This document shows positions 52,943-62,323 of a DNA stretch of 64,000 nucleotides, one piece after another; the first letter of the stretch is position 1, and each line of letters opens with the position of its first letter. The DNA comes from Patescibacteria group bacterium (GTDB lineage Bacteria > Patescibacteriota > Patescibacteriia > UBA1558 > GWA2-36-10): NCBI GenBank assembly GCA_041662585.1, contig JBAZSG010000002.1:13588-77587 (forward strand). The letters run 5' to 3'. The notes beneath the pieces were generated by a model that was not told where the DNA came from, made no database searches, and was given only the letters and a program-made list of their open reading frames with translations. A program made the position numbers and the translations under genes.

Positions 52943-53506
52943 ATGAAACAATTGTTTATAATGCTAATCGGTTTTTCTAGATCAGGTAAAACTACTTTAG
53001 CTAAAAAAATAATAGAAAATATAAAAGATTTGGTATTAATAGATTCTGACTCTATTCATTTGTTTTTAAATAATACTTATCCTTTATTTCAAGATAATGA
53101 TACTATAGAAGGCCAGTCTTACGAAATTAGACAAAAAACTACCAAAGCAATACAAGAGGCTTTGATTTCTACTCTACTTAAAGATGGACACTCTATTTTA
53201 CTAGATGCAAACAATGGTAAAAAAGAAGTGCGAGAAACAATATTAAAAACTGTTAAAAATATTAATCCCGAAATACAAACTATTTTACTAAGACATAAAA
53301 TTGATGAAAAAATATTATATAAAAATATTAAAAAAGCTGACCAAATAAAAGGTGGCTATACTTGGAAAGATTTATATGAAAAAATACAAAAACCCAACTT
53401 TGATGAAGCAACTAAAGATGAAACCAATTACCTTTTGATTCATACAAATAATACTGCCGATATAATTAACGAAATAAAAAATATAAGTACAAAGCATCGC
53501 GTATAA
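52943..53506 (+). CDS. P-loop kinase (AAA_33 / nucleotide kinase-like)
   Basis: GFSRSGKTT, IDSD, ILLDA.N....R. Confidence 0.8.
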   Translation: MKQLFIMLIGFSRSGKTTLAKKIIENIKDLVLIDSDSIHLFLNNTYPLFQDNDTIEGQSYEIRQKTTKAIQEALISTLLKDGHSILLDANNGKKEVRETILKTVKNINPEIQTILLRHKIDEKILYKNIKKADQIKGGYTWKDLYEKIQKPNFDEATKDETNYLLIHTNNTADIINEIKNISTKHRV

Positions 53507-53532
53507 GTAAAAATAACCTAATTCTAAAACCA

Positions 53533-53835
53533 ATGAAAAAAAATATTTTTTTAACAACCATTATAATTTTTATAGCCGTGCTATGTGTATATTATTTTTG
53601 GTTTATGCAAAAAAACGAACTAGTGACAAAAGAAGGCATCCTGCTGGGCTCTAAAGGAAACACATTAATAGTCGATGATGTTTTTGTAGAAATTAGCAAT
53701 GAAGATTATAAACAATATCTAAACAAGAGGGTTAAGGTTGAAGGTTATTTGTCTGAACCAAAACCCTGTCCACCCAATTTACAATGTCAAATATCTCCAA
53801 TTATGACTGTCAAATCAATTGAAATAATTGAATAG
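53533..53835 (+). CDS. Small membrane-anchored hypothetical protein
   Basis: N-terminal TM, KRVKVEG, CPPNLQC. Confidence 0.65.
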   Translation: MKKNIFLTTIIIFIAVLCVYYFWFMQKNELVTKEGILLGSKGNTLIVDDVFVEISNEDYKQYLNKRVKVEGYLSEPKPCPPNLQCQISPIMTVKSIEIIE

Positions 53836-53893
53836 CCTATGGAAGATAACAAAAAAATCTATATAACTAAATAAATTTTTTAATTTAAATTAT

Positions 53894-53931
53894 AAAAACC
53901 ACCCCTCGACTTACACTCAGGGTGGTTTTTT
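53894..53931. terminator. Bidirectional terminator (GAG..GTCGA family)
   Basis: AAAAACCACCC..GGGTGGTTTTT. Confidence 0.7.
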
Positions 53932-53949
53932 AAAAACTTTCTTTGCTGT

Positions 53950-54267
53950 CTATACAAATCGACTAGCAAAAAATATAGCTGTAGCCAGACCGATAAACCA
54001 AAGCAGTGCCGACGCTACTGATTGGCCAAATTTTTTGCGCCGACTAGACACTTCGCTTCTACCAAGAACTCTTTTGTTCTTTGAGGCAAAACTAGTGCCT
54101 TCACCACTGTTTAGTGTGAATATATGAAGTGGTGGTTTTTTGAGTCTTTCTTGTTGGCCATTATACTTTAATGGTCTTTTGGTTTTTATGGCTACCAACA
54201 CAAACAAAGCCAAAAGGCCAAAAATAATGGCTATAGCTTGAAAGTCCATACCTGCAAAAAACTTCAT
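53950..54267 (-). CDS. Orphan 105-aa membrane protein downstream of the c-di-GMP-II riboswitch
   Basis: AAAGGA RBS, N- and C-terminal TM segments, basic middle. Confidence 0.65.
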   Translation of the reverse strand: MKFFAGMDFQAIAIIFGLLALFVLVAIKTKRPLKYNGQQERLKKPPLHIFTLNSGEGTSFASKNKRVLGRSEVSSRRKKFGQSVASALLWFIGLATAIFFASRFV

Positions 54268-54316
54268 AAACGTTCCTTTCTTTTTTGCTGGTTAGTGGTA
54301 TGAAAAAGAACTTAAG

Positions 54317-54350
54317 TTACAAAAAAATACCTCTCCAGGCATTTTTGTAA
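54317..54350 (-). terminator. Riboswitch expression-platform terminator
   Basis: Minus strand AAAAATGCCT GGAG AGGTATTTTTTT. Confidence 0.7.
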
Positions 54351-54380
54351 ATCAAGCTCATAATATGAGTTTTATCTACA

Positions 54381-54452
54381 CAACGCCGGTTACGCTACTA
54401 GCTCCAAACTGTCCAAGCGTCCAAATACAGACAGTCCTTCATCGCCTCATTG
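54381..54452 (-). ncRNA. c-di-GMP-II riboswitch aptamer
   Basis: CAAUG AGGC GAUGA AGGACUGUCU GUAUUUGG ACGC UU GGACAGUUU GGA GCU AGUA GCGU AACCGG CGUUG. Shows P1, kink-turn, pseudoknot ACGC/GCGU and the AACCGGC ligand segment. Confidence 0.85.
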
Positions 54453-54606
54453 AATGATATTTAATGTAATCAATAATAACTTAACATAAATATTTTATTT
54501 TGTAAATATTATAAATTTAATGCCCAAAACCAATACTTTTGTTTTTTTATTCATTTTGTTGTATAATATACTTATCTAAAAAATAAAAATCAATTAAAAT
54601 AAAATT

Positions 54607-55566
54607 ATGTTTTATAGAAAAGTTTATCCTAAAGCTTGGCAATTGGTCAAAAAAAATCCAGCTATTTGGTTTTTTGGACTATTTGCATCACTTCTAGGAT
54701 TTTATGAAATAAAAATCCTATTCAATTTCTCCGATAAATTTCCAGATTTTATCTCGGCCAACATTATATCTTGGATAGATATATTCGTGGCTTTTTCAAC
54801 TATTAATTTTGGTTGGAGCAATCTACCAGATGTTTTGGCTCTGTTTGGATTATTTATTCTATTTTCTGCTCTTACTATTTTGACTGTTTCTTCACAAGCC
54901 GCTCTGACTCGTGCTGCTTATTTCAAAGATAAAAAAACTATCAATGAATCATTGGGTCTACAACTAAACAAAGGTATTGATAAATTCTGGCCTGTATTTG
55001 GTCTAAATATTATCAATTCATTAATTGGCTATTTCTTTGTTACTTTGGTGCTAGTACCAATAATATATTTTCTGTCCAGTACTAGTGATTGGCCAATTTA
55101 TATAATATTGGGCTTGTTTACTTTTTTTGTACTTATGCCTTTGGTGGTGGTTATTTCTTTTGTTACTAGATATGGCATAGCTTATATAGTTATAAAAAAT
55201 CAAAAATTTACCGAAGCTTTTGTCAATTCTTGGCTATTATTCAAATTAAATTGGATAATCACCATAGAAAACGCTGTTACTTTGTTGGCCATGACTTTTA
55301 TAGCTTTGGTGCTTATGGTTAGCTCTATGATCTTCATATTTGTACCCTTTATTATTATTGCCAAAATTATACCAGTATTAAGTTTTATGTTTATGCTTAT
55401 TGGCTTCTTCTTAATAGCTGTAATATTAATATTTGGCACATCTATATATGCTTCTTTCTACAATGTAGTTTGGGGCACTGTTTTCTTGGAATTGATAGCT
55501 CCGGGCAAAAGTCATAGCAAGATACACCGAATAGTTCATAAACATTTACCAGGTCTTCTCAAATAA
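54607..55566 (+). CDS. Hypothetical multi-pass membrane protein
   Basis: KAWQLV..NP.IWFFGLFA, several TM segments. Confidence 0.75.
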   Translation: MFYRKVYPKAWQLVKKNPAIWFFGLFASLLGFYEIKILFNFSDKFPDFISANIISWIDIFVAFSTINFGWSNLPDVLALFGLFILFSALTILTVSSQAALTRAAYFKDKKTINESLGLQLNKGIDKFWPVFGLNIINSLIGYFFVTLVLVPIIYFLSSTSDWPIYIILGLFTFFVLMPLVVVISFVTRYGIAYIVIKNQKFTEAFVNSWLLFKLNWIITIENAVTLLAMTFIALVLMVSSMIFIFVPFIIIAKIIPVLSFMFMLIGFFLIAVILIFGTSIYASFYNVVWGTVFLELIAPGKSHSKIHRIVHKHLPGLLK

Positions 55567-55581
55567 AAATTAATTTATTCC

Positions 55582-55611
55582 AAAAAACCATTCTATTTAG
55601 AATGGTTTTTT
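55582..55611 (+). terminator. Intrinsic terminator
   Basis: AAAAACCATTCTA TT TAGAATGGTTTTT. Confidence 0.7.
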
Positions 55612-55700
55612 ATTTATACTATAAAATTGACTTAAAGAGTATCAATAAAGTATAATTATCATAGTTATTAATCCACTATAAGTGGAATAAATAAAAAAAT

Positions 55701-57416
55701 ATGGTTGATATATCAAAGGACAGTAAAAGTCAAAAATTGACTGATAAGTTATCTGAAATTGAACTAAAAGAAAAAGAACAACGTGTACAGGCCCAAGCTG
55801 ATGCTCTTGGTATTTCTTATATCAATTTGAAAAAATTTCCAATTTCTCAAGAAGCTCTAAAAATTATTGATGCTGAACAAGCTGAAGCTTTACAAACTAT
55901 TTGTTTTTTATATACTGGTGAAGAAATGCGCTTTGCATCTCTCAATCCCAATAACCCTCAAGTAGTCAACTTGGCCAAAGAGCTAGCTGAAAAATACCAT
56001 GCTAGCACCAAAACCTATCTTGTTTCGGAAGAGAGCTTTGATACTGCTTTTGCGATCTATAAAAAAATACCTCAAATTATTACCGTAGAAGGTGTGTCTA
56101 TTTCTATTGAAGATATAAATAAATTTGATAAAAAACTTACTACTTTCAATGATCTCAATAAGCTTATTCAAGAAACTGAGCTTACAGAAACTTTGAATAT
56201 AGTCATAGCTGCTGGACTCAAATTTGCTGCTTCCGATATTCATATTGAAACTGAAGAAAGTATAGTAAAAATACGCCTACGAGTCGATGGAATATTACAT
56301 GAAGTAGCTACTCTCAAAAAAGACACTTGGCCAAAAATCAGCTCTCGCATAAAACTATTGTCTGGATTAAAATTAAATATTGGCAACAAACCACAAGATG
56401 GTCGATTTACTATCCATCTTAATAAAGAAACAGTTGACGTCAGGGTTTCTTCTATCCCCTCTGTCTATGGCGAAAGTATTGTCATGAGACTTTTGGTAGC
56501 TTCAGCAGTGGGACTAGAATTTGAACATCTAGGTTTTAAGGGAAAGTCTTTTAATGTATTGGCTGAGGAAATGAAAAAACCAAATGGCATGATTATCACC
56601 ACTGGTCCAACTGGTTCTGGTAAAACTACTACTCTCTATGCCATATTAAACAAGCTCAATAATGCTGACACAAAAATCATTACCCTAGAAGACCCTATAG
56701 AATATAAACTACCTGGTATAGTGCAGAGCCAAGTAGATAATACTGATTCTATAGAGCAAGAAGATGTACAAACTGGAGAAATAAAAAGAAAAGCCACCTA
56801 TACCTTTGCTAGGGGTTTACGGGCTATACTACGCCAAGATCCAGACATAGTAATGGTTGGTGAAATTCGTGACCTAGAAACAGCTGAAACTGCTATAAAC
56901 GCTGCTTTGACTGGTCATTTGATGCTATCTACTATCCATACCAACTCCGCTGCTGGTACAATCCCTAGACTTTTATCTATGGGTGTACAGCCTTTTTTAT
57001 TGGCTCCAGCTCTCAATGCTGTGATTGGACAAAGACTGGCTAGAAAATTGTGCTCCCATTGTAAAATTGAAGACACTCAAGTCGACAATGCTACTATGAC
57101 TATCATTTTAAATGCCTTAAATGAAATAAGCCCCCAATCTGGCTTTAAACCAGACTTGAATAATTTAAAATTTTATACAGCTAAAGGTTGTGATAAGTGC
57201 CAAGGTATAGGTTATAAGGGAAGAGTCGGTATTTATGAAGTCATGACCATGAGTCCGGAAATAGAAAAAGTAATACTATCAGGCCAAGCCTCTGAATATG
57301 AGTTGGAAAAAATAGCTGTAGCTGATGGTATGATGACTATGTTTCAAGATGGACTTATCAAAGCTCTAGAGGGTATCACTTCTGTAGCTGAAATATTTGA
57401 TAGAGTAAAAGATTAA
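55701..57416 (+). CDS. pilB: Type IV pilus assembly ATPase (PilB/GspE family)
   Basis: ASDIHIE, PQDGR, GPTGSGKTTT, LRQDPD..MVGEIRD, CxxC..CxxC. Confidence 0.9.
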   Translation: MVDISKDSKSQKLTDKLSEIELKEKEQRVQAQADALGISYINLKKFPISQEALKIIDAEQAEALQTICFLYTGEEMRFASLNPNNPQVVNLAKELAEKYHASTKTYLVSEESFDTAFAIYKKIPQIITVEGVSISIEDINKFDKKLTTFNDLNKLIQETELTETLNIVIAAGLKFAASDIHIETEESIVKIRLRVDGILHEVATLKKDTWPKISSRIKLLSGLKLNIGNKPQDGRFTIHLNKETVDVRVSSIPSVYGESIVMRLLVASAVGLEFEHLGFKGKSFNVLAEEMKKPNGMIITTGPTGSGKTTTLYAILNKLNNADTKIITLEDPIEYKLPGIVQSQVDNTDSIEQEDVQTGEIKRKATYTFARGLRAILRQDPDIVMVGEIRDLETAETAINAALTGHLMLSTIHTNSAAGTIPRLLSMGVQPFLLAPALNAVIGQRLARKLCSHCKIEDTQVDNATMTIILNALNEISPQSGFKPDLNNLKFYTAKGCDKCQGIGYKGRVGIYEVMTMSPEIEKVILSGQASEYELEKIAVADGMMTMFQDGLIKALEGITSVAEIFDRVKD

Positions 57417-57419
57417 AAT

Positions 57420-57457
57420 AACTAAAAACAACTCTTTTAAAGAGTTGTTTTTAGTTT
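57420..57457. terminator. Bidirectional terminator (perfect palindrome)
   Basis: AACTAAAAACAACTCTTTT/AAAAGAGTTGTTTTTAGTT between pilB and valS. Confidence 0.75.
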
Positions 57458-59994
57458 TACTGCAATTTATCTTTGGCTTCTTGTAAACGTTTTTTAGTAT
57501 CGGCTATTACTTTGGCCGGCGCATTGTCTACAAATTTTTTATTAGCCAATTTAATTTCTGTATTTTTTATATATTGTTCCAAATCAGATCTTTCTTTAAT
57601 GGATAGTTTTTTACTAAGATTGATATATACCTGGCTACTGTTTATAGCAATCATCTCTGTGTCCAGCTTTTTATCTACCAAATTTACTCTAGCCATTTTG
57701 GCTGCCAAAAGCAAATGATCTTTAGTCAAAATTTTACTGAGTATATAACAATCTGGAAATTCACTAGGTGAAATTTTGTTGCTGGCTTTTAAATTTCTTA
57801 AACTAACTACCAGTTCTTTTAACTCCGAAAAATCAATTATAGTTTTTTCAGCAAATTTATTTGCTTTTGGCCATTTGGATACCATGAGCAAATGGTCACT
57901 TTTGAATTGTTGCCAAATAACTTCGCTAATATAAGGCGTAAAAGGATGGGTCAAAATCAACAGTCTTTCTAAAATGTAAAGTAATATTTGATCCTTATCT
58001 TTTTCTATTTTGGCAATTTCCAAATACCAATCAGCCAATTTAGCCCAAGCAAATTCATAAATTTTTTCACCAGCTGATGAAAATTTATATTCATCCAAAT
58101 CTTTGGAGACTTGTACTATCAACTGATTAAATTCTGCCAAAATCCAACGATCAGCCAATGTCTTGGCTTTTGGTTCTTTGTCTATGCTTTTTATTTCACT
58201 GACAGTATTAAATATAAAACGAGAAATGTTCCAAAGCTTGTTTACAAAATTTCTATAACCAGCAATTTTTTCTTCATAGAGTCGCAAATCTGCCCCTGGA
58301 GCTGAACCAATGATAAGCGACAAGCGCAGAGCATCAGTACCAAACTTATCTATCATTTCTAGTGGATCAATACCATTGCCCAAAGATTTAGATAGTTTTC
58401 TGCCCTCTTTATCTCTAACCATGCCGTGTAAATAAACCGTTTCAAACGGTTTTTCTCCTAGTATATATTCGGTCATCAGTATCATCCGAGCTACCCAAAA
58501 AAATAAAATATCATAACCAGTCTCTAAAACAGAAGTAGGATGAAATGTTTTTAGATCTTTGGTTTTGGCTGGCCAGCCCAAAGTGGAAAAAGTCCACAAA
58601 GATGAAGAAAACCACGTGTCCAAAGTATCTTCGTCCTGCTTTATCTTTTTACCTCTAGCTTTATTTTTAGCTTCAGCTTCATCATGAGCTACTATAATCT
58701 CATCGTCAGTAGTATACCAAACTGGGATTTGATGCCCCCACCAAATTTGTCTTGAGATACACCAATCATGGAGATTGTTCATCCAGTGATAATAAATTTT
58801 ATTAAATTTATCAGGCAATATTTTAATTTCTCCACTTTTAACAGCTCTGACTGCCAATTCTTTAAGACTTTTTCCTCTGCCTGGAATTTTTTTATCTACA
58901 GCCACAAACCATTGTTCGGAAGTCAAAGGCTCAATTGGGGTACCACAGCGATAACAAACTGATAAATTATGTACATAATCATTGTCAATACTGTCTATCA
59001 ACCCTTTTTCTTTTAAAATTTCCACAACTTTTTGACGAGCATCTTTAACTGACATACCAACTAATTTACCAGCTGCTTTAGTTAATCGTCCATCTTTATC
59101 AATAATTGGTTCTACTTTTAAATTATATTTCTGAGCTAATTCAAAATCTGTAAAACTATGAGCTGGCGTAATAGTCATGGCACCACTACCCATTTCCATA
59201 TCAGCCACTTCGTCAGCAATGACTCTAGCCTTAATTTTCCCATCAATCCATTCAAGCTCAAATTCCTTACCAATAATATCCTTATAACGTTTATCTTTAG
59301 GATGGACAATAATCACTTTATCGGAAAATTTTGTTTCTGGCCGAGCTGTGCCAATGGTCACTGGACCATATTTAAAATAATAAAAAGGTGTTTTTTTCTC
59401 TACATACTCTACTTCGTCATCTGCTAATGTAGAGCCACAGCGTGTACACCAATTAACAATTCTATTACCACGATAAATCAAACCATCATTATACATTCTG
59501 ACAAAAGCAGTGCTGACTGCCTTTGACAATCCTTCATCAAGCGTATATCTTTCTCTAGACCAATCACAACTAGCTCCCATTTTCTTAGTTTGATTGCGTA
59601 TAGTGTCTTGCGAATTGGCTACATATTTTTTTACTCTAGCCAAAAATTTGGCTCTGCCCAACTTTTCTCTACTACTGCCTTCTTCGGCCAAAATCTTTTC
59701 TACTTTGGTTTGAGTAGCAATGGCAGCATGATCTGTACCAGGCAACCAAAGAGTCTTTTCGCCTTTGAGTCTATGATATCTGATCATCAAATCCTCATAA
59801 GATAAATAGGAAGCATGACCAAGATGTAAAATACCAGTAGCATTTGGCGGTGGCATAGAAATAGTAAAAGCCTTTCCTTTGACATCCAGATTGTCTGGAT
59901 TAAAAAATCCAGACTCTTCCCAAGCCTTATAGATATTATTTTCATATTTACTAGGCTCATAAGCCTTGGCCATTTCTTCTATTTTCTTGGACAT
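57457..59994 (-). CDS. valS: Valine--tRNA ligase
   Basis: PPPNATG.LHLGH, DHAAIATQ, WCISRQIWWGH, KLSKS. Confidence 0.97.
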   Translation of the reverse strand: MSKKIEEMAKAYEPSKYENNIYKAWEESGFFNPDNLDVKGKAFTISMPPPNATGILHLGHASYLSYEDLMIRYHRLKGEKTLWLPGTDHAAIATQTKVEKILAEEGSSREKLGRAKFLARVKKYVANSQDTIRNQTKKMGASCDWSRERYTLDEGLSKAVSTAFVRMYNDGLIYRGNRIVNWCTRCGSTLADDEVEYVEKKTPFYYFKYGPVTIGTARPETKFSDKVIIVHPKDKRYKDIIGKEFELEWIDGKIKARVIADEVADMEMGSGAMTITPAHSFTDFELAQKYNLKVEPIIDKDGRLTKAAGKLVGMSVKDARQKVVEILKEKGLIDSIDNDYVHNLSVCYRCGTPIEPLTSEQWFVAVDKKIPGRGKSLKELAVRAVKSGEIKILPDKFNKIYYHWMNNLHDWCISRQIWWGHQIPVWYTTDDEIIVAHDEAEAKNKARGKKIKQDEDTLDTWFSSSLWTFSTLGWPAKTKDLKTFHPTSVLETGYDILFFWVARMILMTEYILGEKPFETVYLHGMVRDKEGRKLSKSLGNGIDPLEMIDKFGTDALRLSLIIGSAPGADLRLYEEKIAGYRNFVNKLWNISRFIFNTVSEIKSIDKEPKAKTLADRWILAEFNQLIVQVSKDLDEYKFSSAGEKIYEFAWAKLADWYLEIAKIEKDKDQILLYILERLLILTHPFTPYISEVIWQQFKSDHLLMVSKWPKANKFAEKTIIDFSELKELVVSLRNLKASNKISPSEFPDCYILSKILTKDHLLLAAKMARVNLVDKKLDTEMIAINSSQVYINLSKKLSIKERSDLEQYIKNTEIKLANKKFVDNAPAKVIADTKKRLQEAKDKLQ

Positions 59995-60020
59995 ATTTCA
60001 ATTACCTTCAATATTTATAA

Positions 60021-60443
60021 TTAATTTATTGTTATTTTTCGTTTATTATCTTTTAATAATTCTATATTTATCTTGATAGCTCTATCTGGCAAACTTCTCA
60101 ATTTATCAGCCCATTCTATGGCTACTATTATATTATCATGAATTAGATAATCCTCTAAACCAATTTCCAACAAATCTTCCCGTCTGTATAAACGATAACA
60201 ATCAACATGCACAAATTTATTTATTTTTGCTTTTTTCAAATCATAGACTTTCATTAATACAAAAGTCGGACTAGTAATATTTTCCTTAATCCCCAAAGCC
60301 TTGGCTAGAGCTTGGACAAAAACTGTTTTGCCAGCTCCTAGATTTCCACTCAGAGCCAAAAGCTCACCACCTTTTAGATTTTTGGCTAATTTGGTGGCTA
60401 TAGCTTCTGTTTCTCTTTGATTATTAACTAAATATTCTGGCAT
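60021..60443 (-). CDS. tsaE: t6A biosynthesis ATPase TsaE
   Basis: GNLGAGKT, SPTF, HVDCYRL, IEWAD. Confidence 0.95.
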   Translation of the reverse strand: MPEYLVNNQRETEAIATKLAKNLKGGELLALSGNLGAGKTVFVQALAKALGIKENITSPTFVLMKVYDLKKAKINKFVHVDCYRLYRREDLLEIGLEDYLIHDNIIVAIEWADKLRSLPDRAIKINIELLKDNKRKITIN

Positions 60444-60450
60444 TATTTAA

Positions 60451-61503
60451 TTATATTTTATTTTTGCTTAATTGCCAATTAGAACGAGGTTGTAAATCAA
60501 ATACTTTATCACCTTTTAAAATATCTCCTGTTTTGCTAAATATATTATAATAAGCAGCTGTAGCTATCATAGCTGCATTATCTCCAGTATATTTTAAGTC
60601 TGGATAGAAAAAAGGTAGCTTAATTTTTTTACTTTCTTTAATTAAAGCTTTTTTTAATTCTGTATTAGCTGCTACCCCTCCGGCAATCATAATAGATTTT
60701 ACATTATGTTCTCTAGCCGCTTTAATAGTCTTTTTAAGTAAGACTTCTATCACGGCGTTCTGAAATGAAGCGCATAGATCATTGATATCTTGCTTGGTGA
60801 TATTTTTCTTTTTTTCTAGTGTATAGAGGACTGCGGTCTTCAGCCCTGAAAAAGAAAAATTATAATTTTGTTTATCAATCATTGGACGAGGAAAATCATA
60901 AGCTTGTTTGTCACCTTGCTCGGCTAGACGACTGACAATTGGCCCACCTGGATATCCCAATCCAAGTAACTTGGCTACTTTATCATAGGCCTCTCCCACA
61001 GCATCGTCTAAGGTTTGCCCAATTAATTTATATTGTCCATAACCTTTCATTAATACTAGCTCCGTATGACCACCAGATACTACCAGCACCAAAGCTGGTA
61101 AATATTTTTTAGTATTTTTTGCTAATTTGCTATTGGACAGCCAATTAGAATAAATATGTCCTTCTATATGATTTACTGCGACCAAAGGTAAATTGTTGGT
61201 AAAGGCTAAAGTTTTGGCTGTAGCCATACCCAATATCAGAGAAGTGATGAGCCCTGGTCCACTAGTCACAGCTATATAATCCATATTTTTTAGTTTATTT
61301 TTGCCTAAAACATTATCCACAAGTGGAATAATGGTTTCGACGTGCTTGCGAGCTGCTAGCTCTGGTACTACCCCGCCATATTTTTTATGAATATCAATCT
61401 GAGAATATACTAGGTTTTTCTGCAATTTTAAAGAATGTCCACTGGCTTCTAAAATAGCAATGGCTGTCTCGTCACATGATGATTCTATGGCTAGTATTTT
61501 CAT
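60451..61503 (-). CDS. tsaD: t6A transferase TsaD
   Basis: IESSCDET, GGVVPE.AAR.H, HIEGH, SGGHT, DNAAMIA. Confidence 0.97.
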   Translation of the reverse strand: MKILAIESSCDETAIAILEASGHSLKLQKNLVYSQIDIHKKYGGVVPELAARKHVETIIPLVDNVLGKNKLKNMDYIAVTSGPGLITSLILGMATAKTLAFTNNLPLVAVNHIEGHIYSNWLSNSKLAKNTKKYLPALVLVVSGGHTELVLMKGYGQYKLIGQTLDDAVGEAYDKVAKLLGLGYPGGPIVSRLAEQGDKQAYDFPRPMIDKQNYNFSFSGLKTAVLYTLEKKKNITKQDINDLCASFQNAVIEVLLKKTIKAAREHNVKSIMIAGGVAANTELKKALIKESKKIKLPFFYPDLKYTGDNAAMIATAAYYNIFSKTGDILKGDKVFDLQPRSNWQLSKNKI

Positions 61504-61611
61504 ATCTTATATTATAACAGATTTGCTCATTTTATGGTTATAAAGCATTATTGTCAAACAGCTTAATTATATTAACTAGTTTTTTATTTGTTTTTATAGT
61601 AAGCTCAAAGT

Positions 61612-62253
61612 ATGTCCAGACAAAAATTAAAAAAATTTGCTGAGCTTGATAAATTTGCTAATGTCGCTCAATTTAATCGGCCTGATATAAAAAATAAACT
61701 AAATGATTTTTTACTTGGAAAGCACCAAATTATTTTGGAATTGGGCTGTGGCAGAGGTGAATATTCATTGGCTTTGGCCAAAAAAGAAAAAACAGCAAAA
61801 ATTGTCAGCATAGATATTCAAGGCGAAAGACTGTGGGCCGGAGCTAGACAAGCTCAAATAGAAAAACTAGACAATATATTATTTCTAAGAATTCAAATTG
61901 AAGATTTGCTAGAATACTTCTTCCCAAAATCTATTACTGAAATTTGGATTACTTTTCCTGATCCATATCCACGCGACAAACAAATAAAAAAAAGACTTAC
62001 CTCGCCTAGATTTTTAGATGTTTATAAAAAGATATTAATAAACAATGCTGTCCTTCATCTTAAAACCGATGACTTGAATTTGTTTGATTATTCTATAGAA
62101 AGCATAATAAATCATAAAGGCAAAATAATAAAAAAAATAAAAAATATATATAAAGCTAAAAATATTCCCAAAATACTAAAAATTAAAACCGAGTTTGAAA
62201 AAAAACATTTAAAAGCTGGAAAAACTATTAACTACCTAAAATTTAGTCTGTAA
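61612..62253 (+). CDS. trmB: tRNA (guanine-N7)-methyltransferase TrmB
   Basis: LELGCGRG, FPDP, KRLT, LKTD, TEFEKK. Confidence 0.93.
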   Translation: MSRQKLKKFAELDKFANVAQFNRPDIKNKLNDFLLGKHQIILELGCGRGEYSLALAKKEKTAKIVSIDIQGERLWAGARQAQIEKLDNILFLRIQIEDLLEYFFPKSITEIWITFPDPYPRDKQIKKRLTSPRFLDVYKKILINNAVLHLKTDDLNLFDYSIESIINHKGKIIKKIKNIYKAKNIPKILKIKTEFEKKHLKAGKTINYLKFSL

Positions 62254-62323
62254 TACCAATATATTGACATTTTGTATAAAATATAGTATAATACTATATT
62301 AAGTTAATATATAAGCTTAATTT

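Noticed and set aside
48670-53935. Bona fide integron
   Set aside because: No integrase in the window and no complete attC sites recognisable between genes.
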